Assembly (NCBI RefSeq): GCF_964204645.1
Contig: NC_134028.1
Span: 26,966,345 to 27,030,344, forward strand
From: Tubulanus polymorphus
Lineage: Eukaryota; Animalia; Nemertea
Direction of reading: 5' to 3'
DNA length: 64,000 bases
A program made the translations under genes and the position numbers. The notes beneath the pieces were generated by a model. The model did no database searches, was not told where the DNA came from, and saw only the letters and a list, made by a program, of their open reading frames with translations. Below, piece after piece: positions 33,891 to 44,640 of the stretch (positions are counted from its first letter, which is position 1; each line of letters begins with the position of its first letter).

Positions 33891-34396
33891 AGAATCTCTT
33901 CCAATTCATTTCGAATTGAGGACTTACGTTTCACACGTGACGTTCGCGTTACGGTTTTCACAATAGCACAGTCTACAATCTCCCTGCTCCTCGTAACGAT
34001 TTGCAGCGCTGACAAAACTAGAGGCGGGAAATCTCTCAACAGTACAACCACCTGAAATCAGAAGCGATCATGTTTTTTTTTAAGATGCCAAATCAATGGC
34101 TGGTGAAATGTAAAGTATATAAGGCTACTTTCTCAAGAAATCCAAAATTGAGCTTCCCGAATTGTGCATGTTTTAAAAATACAAGAAATATCTTTGCTAT
34201 TTTGAATAGAATACTTTGCTTTGTTCGTACAGAGTTCTGTTGTACGTAAATACCTGCAGTCGGTTTATCTATTTCTAGACGGAGAGCAGACTCTGAGGTT
34301 GGGACTGATATGAATCAAAGTCTTACCTAATCGAAAGCTGAGCGCCGCCTCCGAAACACCAGCAAATGCCACACAAACGAATACAGCGAAATACAT
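32975..34396 (-). CDS. Secreted cysteine-rich single-domain von Willebrand factor type C (SVWC)-like protein, 151 aa
   Basis: Exons 34396-34327, 34051-33928 and 33236-32975 join in frame (456 nt): signal peptide MYFAVFVCVAFAGVSEA, then GGC...GDCRLCYC...VTCETCG...C...C...YPDCC...IC. YPxCC with this Cys spacing is the SVWC signature. Confidence 0.8.
33844..33890. repeat. (CAG)n microsatellite in SVWC intron 2
   Basis: ~15 near-perfect agc triplets. Confidence 0.95.
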
Positions 34397-34584
34397 GATG
34401 AAATTCTGTCTACACGTTTGAGTTGACTGACAAAAACACGTGAAAACTGGCTGTTTTTATCGTATACTGCGGTTTTTGAAGTGTTTGAATTTAATGTGAA
34501 ATATGTTCCATAGAATAAATACTCAAATTTAACAATTTCCAATAAAGTAAAATGTTATTTTTATCGAATAGTTTTCCGAGGAAT

Positions 34585-35372
34585 AGGGTTCAGACTCAAA
34601 TTAAACTTACACAACTGTGGAAGTGGCTCAAGAGTCAAATTAAACTTACACAACTGTGGAACTGGGTTCAGAGTCAAATTAAACCTACACAACTGTGGAA
34701 CTGGATTCAGAGTCAAATTAAACCTATACAACTGTGGAACTGGGTTCAGAGTCAAATTAAACCTATACAACCTTGGAACTGAGTCCGGAGTCAAATTAAA
34801 CTTACACAACTGTGGAACTGGGTTCAGAGTCAAATTAAACCTACACAACTGTGGAACTGGATTCAGAGTCAAATTAAACCTATACAACTGTGGAACTGGG
34901 TTCAGAGTCAAATTAAACCTATACAACCTTGGAACTGAGTCCGGAGTCAAATTAAACTTACACAACTGTGGAACTGGATTCAGAGTCAAATTAAACCTAC
35001 ACAACTGTGGAACTGGGTTCAGAGTCAAATTAAACTTACACAACTGTGGAACTGGGTTCAGAGTCAAATTAAACCTACACAACTGTGGAACTGGGTTCAG
35101 AGTCAAATTAAACCCACACAAATGTGGAACTGGGTTCAGAGTCAAATTAAACCCACACAACTGTGGAACTGGGTTCAGAGTCAAATTAAACGCACACAAC
35201 TGTGGAACTGGGTTCAGAGTCAAATTAAACTTACACAACTGTGGAACTGGGTTCAGAGTCAAATTAAACGCACACAACTGTGGAACTGGATTCAGAGTCA
35301 AATTAAACGCACACAACTGTGGAACTGGATTCAGAGTCAAATTAAACGCACACAACTGTGGAACTGGATTCA
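34585..35372. repeat. 39-bp minisatellite, ~20 copies
   Basis: Unit gagtcaaattaaacctacacaactgtggaactgggttca. It is stop-free in one frame on each strand, hence the LNPVPQLC.FNLT and QLWNWVQSQIK ORFs. Confidence 0.97.
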
Positions 35373-36883
35373 AAGTCTACACCTATGTTCATTATATCAC
35401 ATCCCAGTTGAGTCGAAACTAAAAAAAAAACCACCGTTGACTAAAACCAGACAAATTTGATTCGATATTTCCACTTTACATATTGAGTGAAATAATGATA
35501 GAGTCCCTCAATATTTGCCATTCTAAAGCGCTTTAATTTAGAGTCGGTTATATTAATTACGCTATTTAAAATAGAACCGCGTTACATATGTATAAACAAA
35601 CCGTTTAATCACGTGTCACTCAGTTCAAACATCTACTCTACAGTGGAAAGCGCATGACAGCAATATCGATTTGATTTTTCCAACAGTTCGATAGCCATGT
35701 TATAATGTTGAAACGAGTCAGCAGAAATAACGAAAACGATGGTAGAAAAAGCAATCGCAACACACGCTTTAAACTACGTGCATTTGATATGTTGGTTTCG
35801 ATCGAACTTTTTCCATTTTGGCTTCATAAAACACTAAGACCACAAACGCGAGCACATAAAAGCGATAGATAGGTAAAGAGAAAGAAGATGGAAGAACTTT
35901 GTAAGAGAAGTAAATCGGAATCAGAACTATTTGACGCGATCAAGTGCTGCAATGGAGTACCGGTAACGGCGAGGATTCCACCAGGTGTCGCTAGTGGTAC
36001 CGGGTAACCGCGCATCGAATCAATATTTTAGATTAGTAAATCAATTTTCAGTGAAATCAATACCAAACACTGCGTTAGAAAGGGAATCTTATATCTAACC
36101 GTTCACTCTTTCGGGATAATTTTCGGATTTGGAAGCCTAAAAATCAAGTTCAAATTTCGATTTTCACTGTGAAATGACTCAGTGTTTTGTTTCATTGTCT
36201 GGTGGGTACCGGTATCCCATTAACATATTGGCATTTATTGAACAAGGTATATTTCTAAAAGGAAATATACTGCGACAGTTGTTTTGCAAAGTCATTAAAA
36301 ATCAAGATCCTATTGTATCTAAGGATACAATTATTCCGATTTTGGAGAGAGAGAAGTCATGAATAAATTAATGAAGATTAAAAAATCGGAAGTAACAAAC
36401 GAACAGGCTTGAAATAAAGAAACTGCTTAAAATGAATAAACTCGAATGCAAGATCTTTGCTTTCGAATAATTTGTTAATTACAAGGGTAGACCTAAGGTT
36501 CATATAAATCTATATTTTTGAATTTTGAAATCAGGGGATCTAAAAATAGTATTCATCATTACGGGACGTCGATTCAGAAATTAATTTTTCAGGGAAGAGC
36601 CGATCAGCCTTCCAGAAAGGGAATGCACATCATCCGTGAGTGTCGCAAAAAATTATCTCATTGCTAATAAAGTTGAAAAATAACAGGTACGTTGTTTTCT
36701 GAATACTAAAAGATTCTTAATTTTATTTGTGTTCTGTCTACTTAATTGCGGAAATCCGATGTATTTGCAGTACTGGGAACAATAAAGGATTGAATAAAGT
36801 GACAATCAAGTATATTTGATGAGTATCAATAAAGTATATTTGAACTTGAATTTGAGCCCACTAGGTGGTGGTATTGGAAGACA

Positions 36884-37548
36884 TTCATTCGGAAAAATCA
36901 GACAGTAAAATCAAAACACATTCAGAAAGGTTTTAGTTGAACGTTTATTTTGTACCATTTATCATCAATAACCTCAAATGTTGTCTTTATTTCTTCATTT
37001 CCCTTTCGTTTTTTTTCCCTGGGTGCTTGCGACAGCGGCCTAAAGGCTTTGCTTGGCCCACACTGAAAGCTACTGTTCTCTCTCTCTTTTTATAATTGTG
37101 CTTTGTTTAAAAAAATTGTAAATTTTATTGTTTGTTTTCTCTCAACCTGTGTACATAGCCTGTCATGCTTTCTGTGAAATAAATTTGAACTTGAACTTGA
37201 ACCAGGTGGTTCGATCAACTTAATATGCTCCAACGCCGTGGCGCTGTCGCAAAAAGAAAATACCTACTTTTCAAATCAAGTCATGTGTCGGGGATTCCCC
37301 GATACTTTGAACTATGATTTCGATCGCGACATCATACGGCGGAAGTTGGATGCTACGGATGAAAATCAATGAAAATATTAGAGGTGCTTCGAAACCAGTA
37401 GAATTCAGTGACTTAATGAATGAAGTTTTCATCAAGTGGATTTCAATTTCATTCGGAAAAATCAGACAGTAAAATCAAAACACATTCAGAAAGGTTTTAG
37501 TTGAACGTTTATTTTGTACCATTTATCATCAATAACCTCAAATGTTGT
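36884..37548. repeat. Perfect ~101-bp direct repeat (36884-36984, 37448-37548) flanking a retroposon-like tail
   Basis: ttcattcggaaaaatcagacag...cctcaaatgttgt occurs twice. The interior has a GC hairpin-like stretch and aataaa followed by (ttgaac)n. Confidence 0.85.
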
Positions 37549-37754
37549 TAGGTGGTTTAAGAATCCGCGCTCAAAATGAATAATGTAACAGCCGGAGACG
37601 ACATTATTTAAACACAATACGACGACATGAACAGCTTGTAGATATTGTACTTGAACTTTAGACCCGTCATGTGTAAATATATGAAATCATATCGATCGCG
37701 TATACACATAGCATAGGCCTAAAAATATATGCGATTTCTAACTGTGATTGAAAC

Positions 37755-38095
37755 CACTGGGCGAGGTAATCACTGGACGAGGTAATCACTGGACGGGGTA
37801 ATCACTGGACGAGGTAAGCACTGGGCGAGGTAAGCACTGGACGAGGTAAGCACTGGGCGAGGTAAGCACTGGGCGAGGTAATCACTGGGCGAGGTAAGCA
37901 CTGGGCGAGGTAATCACTGGACGAGGTAAGCACTGGGCGAGGTAAGCACTGGACGAGGTAAGCACTGGGCGAGGTAAGCACTGGGCGAGGTAATCACTGG
38001 ACGAGGTAAGCACTGGGCGAGGTAATCACTGGACGAGGTAAGCACTGGGCGAGGTAAGCACTGGACGAGGTAAGCACTGGGCGAGGTAAGCACTG
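37755..38095. repeat. 16-bp minisatellite, ~21 copies, upstream of the nucleoside hydrolase ATG
   Basis: Unit cactgg(g/a)cgaggtaa(g/t). Confidence 0.97.
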
Positions 38096-38231
38096 ACCTC
38101 CTTGACAACATCCTTGACCTTGCCCTTATGCCCTGATGCAATTCTTAGCGCCGAATTTGACCTCTATCTTGATATCGATGAGGAAATATGAAATGAATTG
38201 TTTTTTCTAATTCTTAATTAGTAGCAGCGAG

Positions 38232-40582
38232 ATGACTACGATGAAACTGATAATAGATGTCGACACCGGTGTCGATGACGCTCACGCATTAATGATGGCT
38301 TTAGCACATCCTAACGCGCAGGTGCTGGCGATCACGTGCGTCAATGGTAATACAACGTTAGATAATGTGTGCACGAACACGATCAAATTGCTGCAAGTTT
38401 GCGGTCGAAATGACGTGAGTTTGAATCGATGAGTTTTGTACGGTAGGCCTGACTACGGGTGCATTTCGATCAAGGGCGAAATGCAGGATTTTTGTAAGGG
38501 TCCACATAAAAGGGTACAATTTATCCGTAGCACGCGAGTGCTCGGCCGCTGGACAACGACCGATTTGCGAGCTCTACTTAGGAGTTTCGGTTCCATTGGG
38601 GGTCGGGCATGTGAAATAGTGCCTGAAAATTCATAAGCTTTCATTGGTTCAGTTTACCGGATGACAATAGGGAAGGCAGGGTAAAATAATTGTAACTCCT
38701 CCATATCTTATAGTAATGAACTGCCCCTTGTAACTGAGTTAGTATAATTACTGATATTTTGTTCTGCCATTAGGTACCTGTCTATCGCGGCGCCGAGTCC
38801 TCACTACTCGGTACGCAATGTCTGTCGACTTATCACGGTCAGGGCGGTCTCGGTGACGTCCTACTACAGGCTGATGATTGGTCGGAATATTTAAAGAAAC
38901 AGCATGCTGTCCACGCATTGATTGAATTAGTGAATAAATATCCAGGCAAGATTAGTAATTGAAACCAACGAGAAAAGATCAAACGAGTTTTAATTGACGT
39001 TTGTTTTTCTTTTTGTCCCTTTTTAGGAGAGATAACTTTAGTGACACTGGCGCCACTGACAAACATCGCACTTGCTTTGAAACTGGATCCACAATTTGGA
39101 AAGAAATTGAAACAAGTGGTGATGATGGGAGGTAACATTCACGGTACGCATCGAACATCGAAGCTTTTTATTCTGTTTGAACGTTAGGTCAGCCTTGCGG
39201 CTGGCAGGGAGGACTTGTCAACCTACATACACACCCTTGAATGAATGAATGAATTTATTTTCTTAAATACATGAACATGAGTATAAAAACTTTGATTACT
39301 AAAAATTAATTGAACATTTACATATTTGTGACTACTAGCGATGTGTAGACAAAGATGGCGTCGCAGTCGACCTACACCTGCAGTCATATTTCATATATTT
39401 CGTTGCTAGGTGTGGGGAACATCACCGTATCGGGAGAATTCAACTTTTTCGTGGATCCCGAGGCGGCATTTGTTGTACTGAATGAAATCGGTAGTCTCAT
39501 TAAACTCGTCTCATGGGAAACTTGTAACGAAAACATCACTGATTGGGTAAGAAAGAGACTGCAGTATCTTTCAATATAAGACTATCTTGAAAAGATGTAG
39601 AATTTTACCTTGTGTCGTTTAATAAGATAAAATCCCACTATTTACAGATTAAAAGAATTTAAAAACAAGAATTTATTTATTAAATCTAAAATATTTAAAT
39701 ATAAATATTTTAGATTTAATAAATAAATAAATATTTTAGATTTAATAAATAAATTCTTGTTTTTAAATTCTTTTAATCTGTAAATAGTGGGATTTTATCT
39801 TATTATCCGTTCACCACGTTTGAGTGTGTTTATCGTTCTCTTGTGTCGTTTGTTCAACGATGAGATTAATTCTACTTTATTTGATAATGATTAATGTCGC
39901 GGGTGCAAGTTCATGTACAGCGCAGTCGAGACTGGACTTCAATTATTAGACCGGCTTTGTCCGATGCTTTCAGTAAGCAACTGGATCCAGTTGCCAAATA
40001 GTTGGTTGAAGTAAACCTTTGGACAAATGACATAGTGACAATTGAAAATACATTGTTATAATGTTATCTGATGGTTAACTTTTACCAACCTTTGAGCAAC
40101 AGAGTTTCGTTTCGCGAGAAACGTTTAAAGTAGTTTTACCCATTGCTAAGATTAAGTTACCGATAGGTTTTACAAAAAATTGGGATTTTCGTCGAAAAAT
40201 ATTTCATGAAAATTGACAGTGAACCCCTGTATTTTAGGCTTGGGCTGATCAATGGATGAACACCAACACTGATGTAGGAAGATTTAATAAAGCCATATCT
40301 ACAAAAGGATTCAGACATTTGAAGAATATAAACAGCGCCGGATTCCGTTCCTGCGACTCGATGGCGATGGCCACAGTTCTGGAACCTACATCGGTAAGGT
40401 CGAGTGAACGTCATTTCTGTACGGTGGAACTGAAAGGCGATCACACTCGCGGACAAATGATCGTAGATCGTCATAAACTGATCGCTGGTGGCGAGAACAA
40501 TGAGAAAAATGTGGAAATAGTTACGAAAATCGACACCGAAATCGTACAGAAGCTGTTAACAGCGGCCGTTAATATGAAATAA
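38232..40582 (+). CDS. Inosine-uridine-preferring nucleoside hydrolase family protein (xCD-type, group III)
   Basis: Exons ~38232-38414, 38775-38945, 39028-39143, 39410-39546, 40239-40582. Ca-binding DVDTGVDD, VNGN, VPVYRGA, HGQGGLGD, LAPLTNIALA, MMGG, EFNFFVDPEAA, RSCDSMAMA, VELKGDHTRGQMIVD. Confidence 0.93.
39621..39804. repeat. Perfect AT-rich palindrome (~75-bp arms) in nucleoside hydrolase intron 4
   Basis: aataagataaaatcccactatttacag...aaaatattta is exactly reverse-complemented at ~39728-39804. Confidence 0.92.
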
Positions 40583-41371
40583 TACGATATCAACAAGTGT
40601 CGAGTTTTTCCCAACGAGGATAGAAATATATAATTATACCAATAATCAAATTATGATTCTTATATGTGAAACAAATGCAAGTAAATAGATCTAAATAAAC
40701 GTGTTGGATCGAGTTGTAAAACTGTCATATAGGTTTGAATGTATAGTTATAGTTATAGTTTATTTCAAATGATTTAGTTCTCAAATTCTAACCATGAAAA
40801 GTGGCACTGGGTCATAACGGGTGATTCTATATCAGAGTTGTCCTTCCCCCAGCCCGTCAGCGTGAGAGGCCAAAGTACTCGACGATGTCGCCAATCACAA
40901 CGTTACATTGTGGATACGGTTTTTGTTGTCACTGACACTTATCATTGATACCTGTATCATTGATACAACGCTTTCATAATTTGCCAAATATGGAAAACAA
41001 TGACCGCTGGATGACCTTATATCAGATGTATAGTGTACGTCATAAACCGTGAGGGAAGTCCTCGCATGCTGAAAGTGCTCGAAACCTCTTGGTAAATTGC
41101 CAGTCAGACAAAATGCCCCTGGATGGAAACTAAAGTATCAAAACATTTCTGGTTCGCAAATAAACTTTATTAAACATAAATACGGCAAACGCATCGCCTA
41201 TTTCGGACGGAATCATTTAATTATCAAACAATTATATTCGCCAATGAGAGGCCGAGTGACTCAGTTTCCCATAGCTGTGTGTCAGTCATATTTACTGCAC
41301 AGTTTTCTACAGCTGCACGTGTGACTAAATCTATTACACAGTGACGGATTCTGTAAAAAGCTCAGCTGTAT

Positions 41372-42385
41372 CTAAATGCGAACACTACGATCACTTGTAT
41401 AGTCGTAGATATTGCAAATTTTACAGTCACGTGACTTTATATGATGATCGTGTGTTGATTGGCCTTGTGCTTTTGTACAACGACAACCCCTAAAAAATAC
41501 TCCTTCAGTCATCGACAAATTTATATCTTCACCGTACATAACTTCAACGAAAACGTTCCTCGACACGTACAAGCGACCTCTAGCGAAATCCCAGCGCGTA
41601 AAGGGATTATTGCGGATGTCAATTTTGACGAGAGCAACCGAACATAAACGATCGTTTTCGCTTCCAGCTTTAGTCAGAACGAGCGTCACCCAGTGACGAT
41701 TCATGCAATAGAAATCAGCAAAATATAAATTGCACTTATTTACATCATAAAGTCTCGCGGCTGGAATGTATAATCTCGTGTTACCGAACGGAGACGTTGG
41801 TGGAGGTCGCCCAGTTCTTGGTTGGATACACGTATTGAAGAAAAGCCCTTGAATTCTCTTGTTAATGGGAGATGCAGCGTCGCCATTGTTATCTTTCAAA
41901 TACTTTCTCATGATATCATCCGAATTTATAATCCTCTCAAAATATTCCCGTGGTTTATTACGATACAAAAATTTACATGGCGCAAAACCGTAGTTTTTCA
42001 TGGACGCAATATACTCAATGGCTTTGCATAAAAGAGATTTTAGTTCCATCGTATTATAAACTGCGCTAAAACCCACAATATTGCTTGTGAAAGATGTCTT
42101 TGAAACGCGGTTGTTTAAACTATGATCGACGTGAAATAGAGCCTTGTAAAAACAACCAGCAGTTATCTCCAAACGGATACGGTTAGCACTTATAGTACTG
42201 CTAGGTGTAATCATGTATCTGGAACTTTTTGAATGAGTTATGTTTTTTACTTCCAAAATCAATCGGCTTTCACTATCAGTTAATAATGGAACATTCAAAC
42301 TTAATTCCACTTGACGAGAACTCCATTGATTAATCACTAATTCTCCTGGTTTCGGTGCACAGCTATTTGAAGTGTCCATTTTCAT
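41372..42385 (-). CDS. PHYHIP/PHYHIPL-like protein (phytanoyl-CoA hydroxylase-interacting family), intronless CDS, ~337 aa
   Basis: ORF 41372..42547, likely start MKMDT at 42385. Motifs LYRNKPREYF, YLKDNNGDAASPIN, IQGLFF, PPPTSPFG, NLYFADFYCM, HWVTLVLT and VEVMYGEDINL are characteristic of the PHYHIP C-terminal domain. Confidence 0.85.
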   Translation of the reverse strand: MKMDTSNSCAPKPGELVINQWSSRQVELSLNVPLLTDSESRLILEVKNITHSKSSRYMITPSSTISANRIRLEITAGCFYKALFHVDHSLNNRVSKTSFTSNIVGFSAVYNTMELKSLLCKAIEYIASMKNYGFAPCKFLYRNKPREYFERIINSDDIMRKYLKDNNGDAASPINKRIQGLFFNTCIQPRTGRPPPTSPFGNTRLYIPAARLYDVNKCNLYFADFYCMNRHWVTLVLTKAGSENDRLCSVALVKIDIRNNPFTRWDFARGRLYVSRNVFVEVMYGEDINLSMTEGVFFRGCRCTKAQGQSTHDHHIKSRDCKICNIYDYTSDRSVRI

Positions 42386-42654
42386 TGATTTGCAGTAAAC
42401 ATCCAACCACGTTATTACAAGGTACTGGGGAATCCCTATACATGTCTCTTTTTTACTCGTTTTGAAAAACAGGATTTCAAATAGTTCAGTGTATATACAT
42501 GTATAACTAACTGGTTGTGCAAACGTATGACTTTCATACGCCTGCAATGTGAACCTCGATTTATTGTCAAGGAGATGGAGGGGAATCCCGTATTGCCTGT
42601 CAGGAATCCCTGTGATACTTTGAATTATGTTTTATTTCACTACATGCGGCCATA

Positions 42655-42713
42655 CTACAGCAAATCGATGAAACTGGATACGACAGAAATCTGTTCACCG
42701 CGACCAGTCGAAC
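42655..42713 (+). pseudogene. Inverted relic of the 5' end of a PHYHIP-like paralogue
   Basis: tacagcaaatcgATGaaactggatacgacagaaatctgttcaccgcgaccagtcgaa (KSMKLDTTEICSPRPVE) aligns without gaps to the gene start tactgcaaatcaATGaaaatggacacttcaaatagctgtgcaccgaaaccaggagaa (KSMKMDTSNSCAPKPGE). Confidence 0.65.
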
Positions 42714-43407
42714 GAGGACTCCGTGTGTCACCAGTTATCCCACTAGATGGCGTACGTATCAGTGCGACAACCCTGTCGAAATCTAGTTCATTCTCGATGA
42801 TCTAGATTTTTAGCCTCCTTCATCAGAAATTAGGCAAAAATCACTTCTCTTGATAAACTCAGATGATCTTTGGGTTCCTATATATATATGGTGAATTTTA
42901 CTAATCGCTATTCAAAGAATTTGAGAAATTATGGATAGATTTTGAATGAATCTGAGAATAAATCCGGGAGTTGTTGTCTTAATGGGCACTAGCGAAACCT
43001 GGTGGATCCTCACTTGCCACGAGTGGAATCCGCGATTGCCACAGTCGAACGTATGTCGCATCCAAGAAGAACTAGGTTTTCGCGATAAACGAAGATAAGA
43101 AAACAAAAATATTTCATTGAGAATATGATTAGATTTTTCATAGTTTACAATACTACTCATTATTGAACCTTGTTTTAACTCCTATTAAGTCATTACATAT
43201 TGGGAAAAAGTGTTCAACATCTTTACAGTCGTTAACGTAAGTGGAATCAGACAACAGCCGCAGATCAATCTGAAAATGATGAAATTATAGAATTAGATGG
43301 ACCGACATTTACGTAACTAGACCCAAAGAAACGTTTGAGAAGCCTAATCCCAACCGCTCGGACGCTACGTAAGCATCGTCTCCACTTGAACACGTCTGAA
43401 CCGTAAT

Positions 43408-43417
43408 TGCTGCTGCA

Positions 43418-43467
<50 letters not shown>
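43408..43467. repeat. (CTG)n microsatellite
   Basis: ~19 triplets with one interruption; intergenic. Confidence 0.95.
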
Positions 43468-44565
43468 GTGCGTATGTCGGTGGCCCGAAAGTTTTTGAAT
43501 CTTCGTTCATCATCTACAATCAATTTATTTTCATTGCTAGGCATTAAGATGTCCCATTTGTTCTATGGTATTTGGCACGGATTTCTTTAGCAACGCCCCT
43601 GGGAGTGGGAGGGGGAGAATGCGTCGGTTAAATCTGAATCTCAGTGATTTCAGTCGTGCAAATATCAAACCAAGGAATTGGGCTCCCTGATCAAATAAAC
43701 AAGTTCGCCAAACATGTTTATATTCCGTATAGCAGTCAAAACCGAGTCAAAAGGAAATCTATTTGCAAAACTCGTACCGACTACCGGCTTCCAGTGCAAG
43801 TCGTACCGTCATGCGAGGTGTCACTGAGACGCCACGCTTCAAACTCGACGGGATATCACCATCGGCAATCAAAAGACTTTTTTCTTCTTTTTTTGTTTAC
43901 ACAGTTCTACCTATAAATCTAATGGTTTGAATTTCGCTAAGATACAGTTCTACTCGTGTGGATTTCTGTCGGTAGTTGTTGCTGGAGAGCTCTTATGTTC
44001 GATTTTAATTTAGTTTTTACGCGGTTGTTGTATCGGTTTTGTAATGAAATAGCGGTGATTGACTGCGCGTCGCTTACACCGCCGCATATCCACTTAGAAT
44101 TTCAATAGCGAAAACACTCCGTTCAGAGAACGGTAAATGTTGTTAACAGAAAAATCAATGCGGTTTCCAATCAATTGCCGCCCGTTGTATGGAAATAACG
44201 AATACTGCTGTTTTGTTATGAAAACGAAATGTGTCGGGCAAATATAAAACAGTGATTTGAATTACACGGATACCATTTGACAGGATTTTCTAATAGGACA
44301 ATCACAGGTAATTTATTATCAGTGAAATCTGTTTATTCTGAAGGTTGCCTTTGGTGACAAATCGTAAACGAAGGATTTCATCGGTTTTGAGATAGACTGG
44401 ATTAATCAGGAAATTGAGAATCGATTTAGGAGTTAATTTTGGGGGGGGATAGGCTTGAACTGGATACAGCTTTATTTCTGTATTTTTGTTAGATTTTTCT
44501 GATCACCTGTGCAGATATATAAATGGTTACCACACTGACCAAACATCTTAGAAAAATAAGCTGCA

Positions 44566-44640
44566 GCTAGGCGATGTAGTGGTTAGTGTACTGAGCTAGC
44601 ATGTAGGAGCCCCAGGTTTGAATCCGATGAAGGTCCAGGG
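44566..44640 (+). mobile_element. tRNA-derived SINE head
   Basis: gatgtagtggttag (A-box-like) ... ggtttgaatcc (B-box-like). The acceptor stem does not pair. Confidence 0.45.

Noticed and set aside
34552-35460. ORFs of 76-270 aa on both strands
   Set aside because: They are by-products of a stop-free 39-bp repeat, with no ATG or splice context supporting translation.
36588-36640. Isolated 43-nt exon-like segment (tttttcag...gtgagt)
   Set aside because: I could not link it to a coherent reading frame or a neighbouring gene; it needs transcript data.
42386-42547. Extra 54 N-terminal codons of the PHYHIP-like ORF in the track
   Set aside because: That start is a non-ATG codon. The paralogous relic preserves the ATG context at MKMDT (42385).
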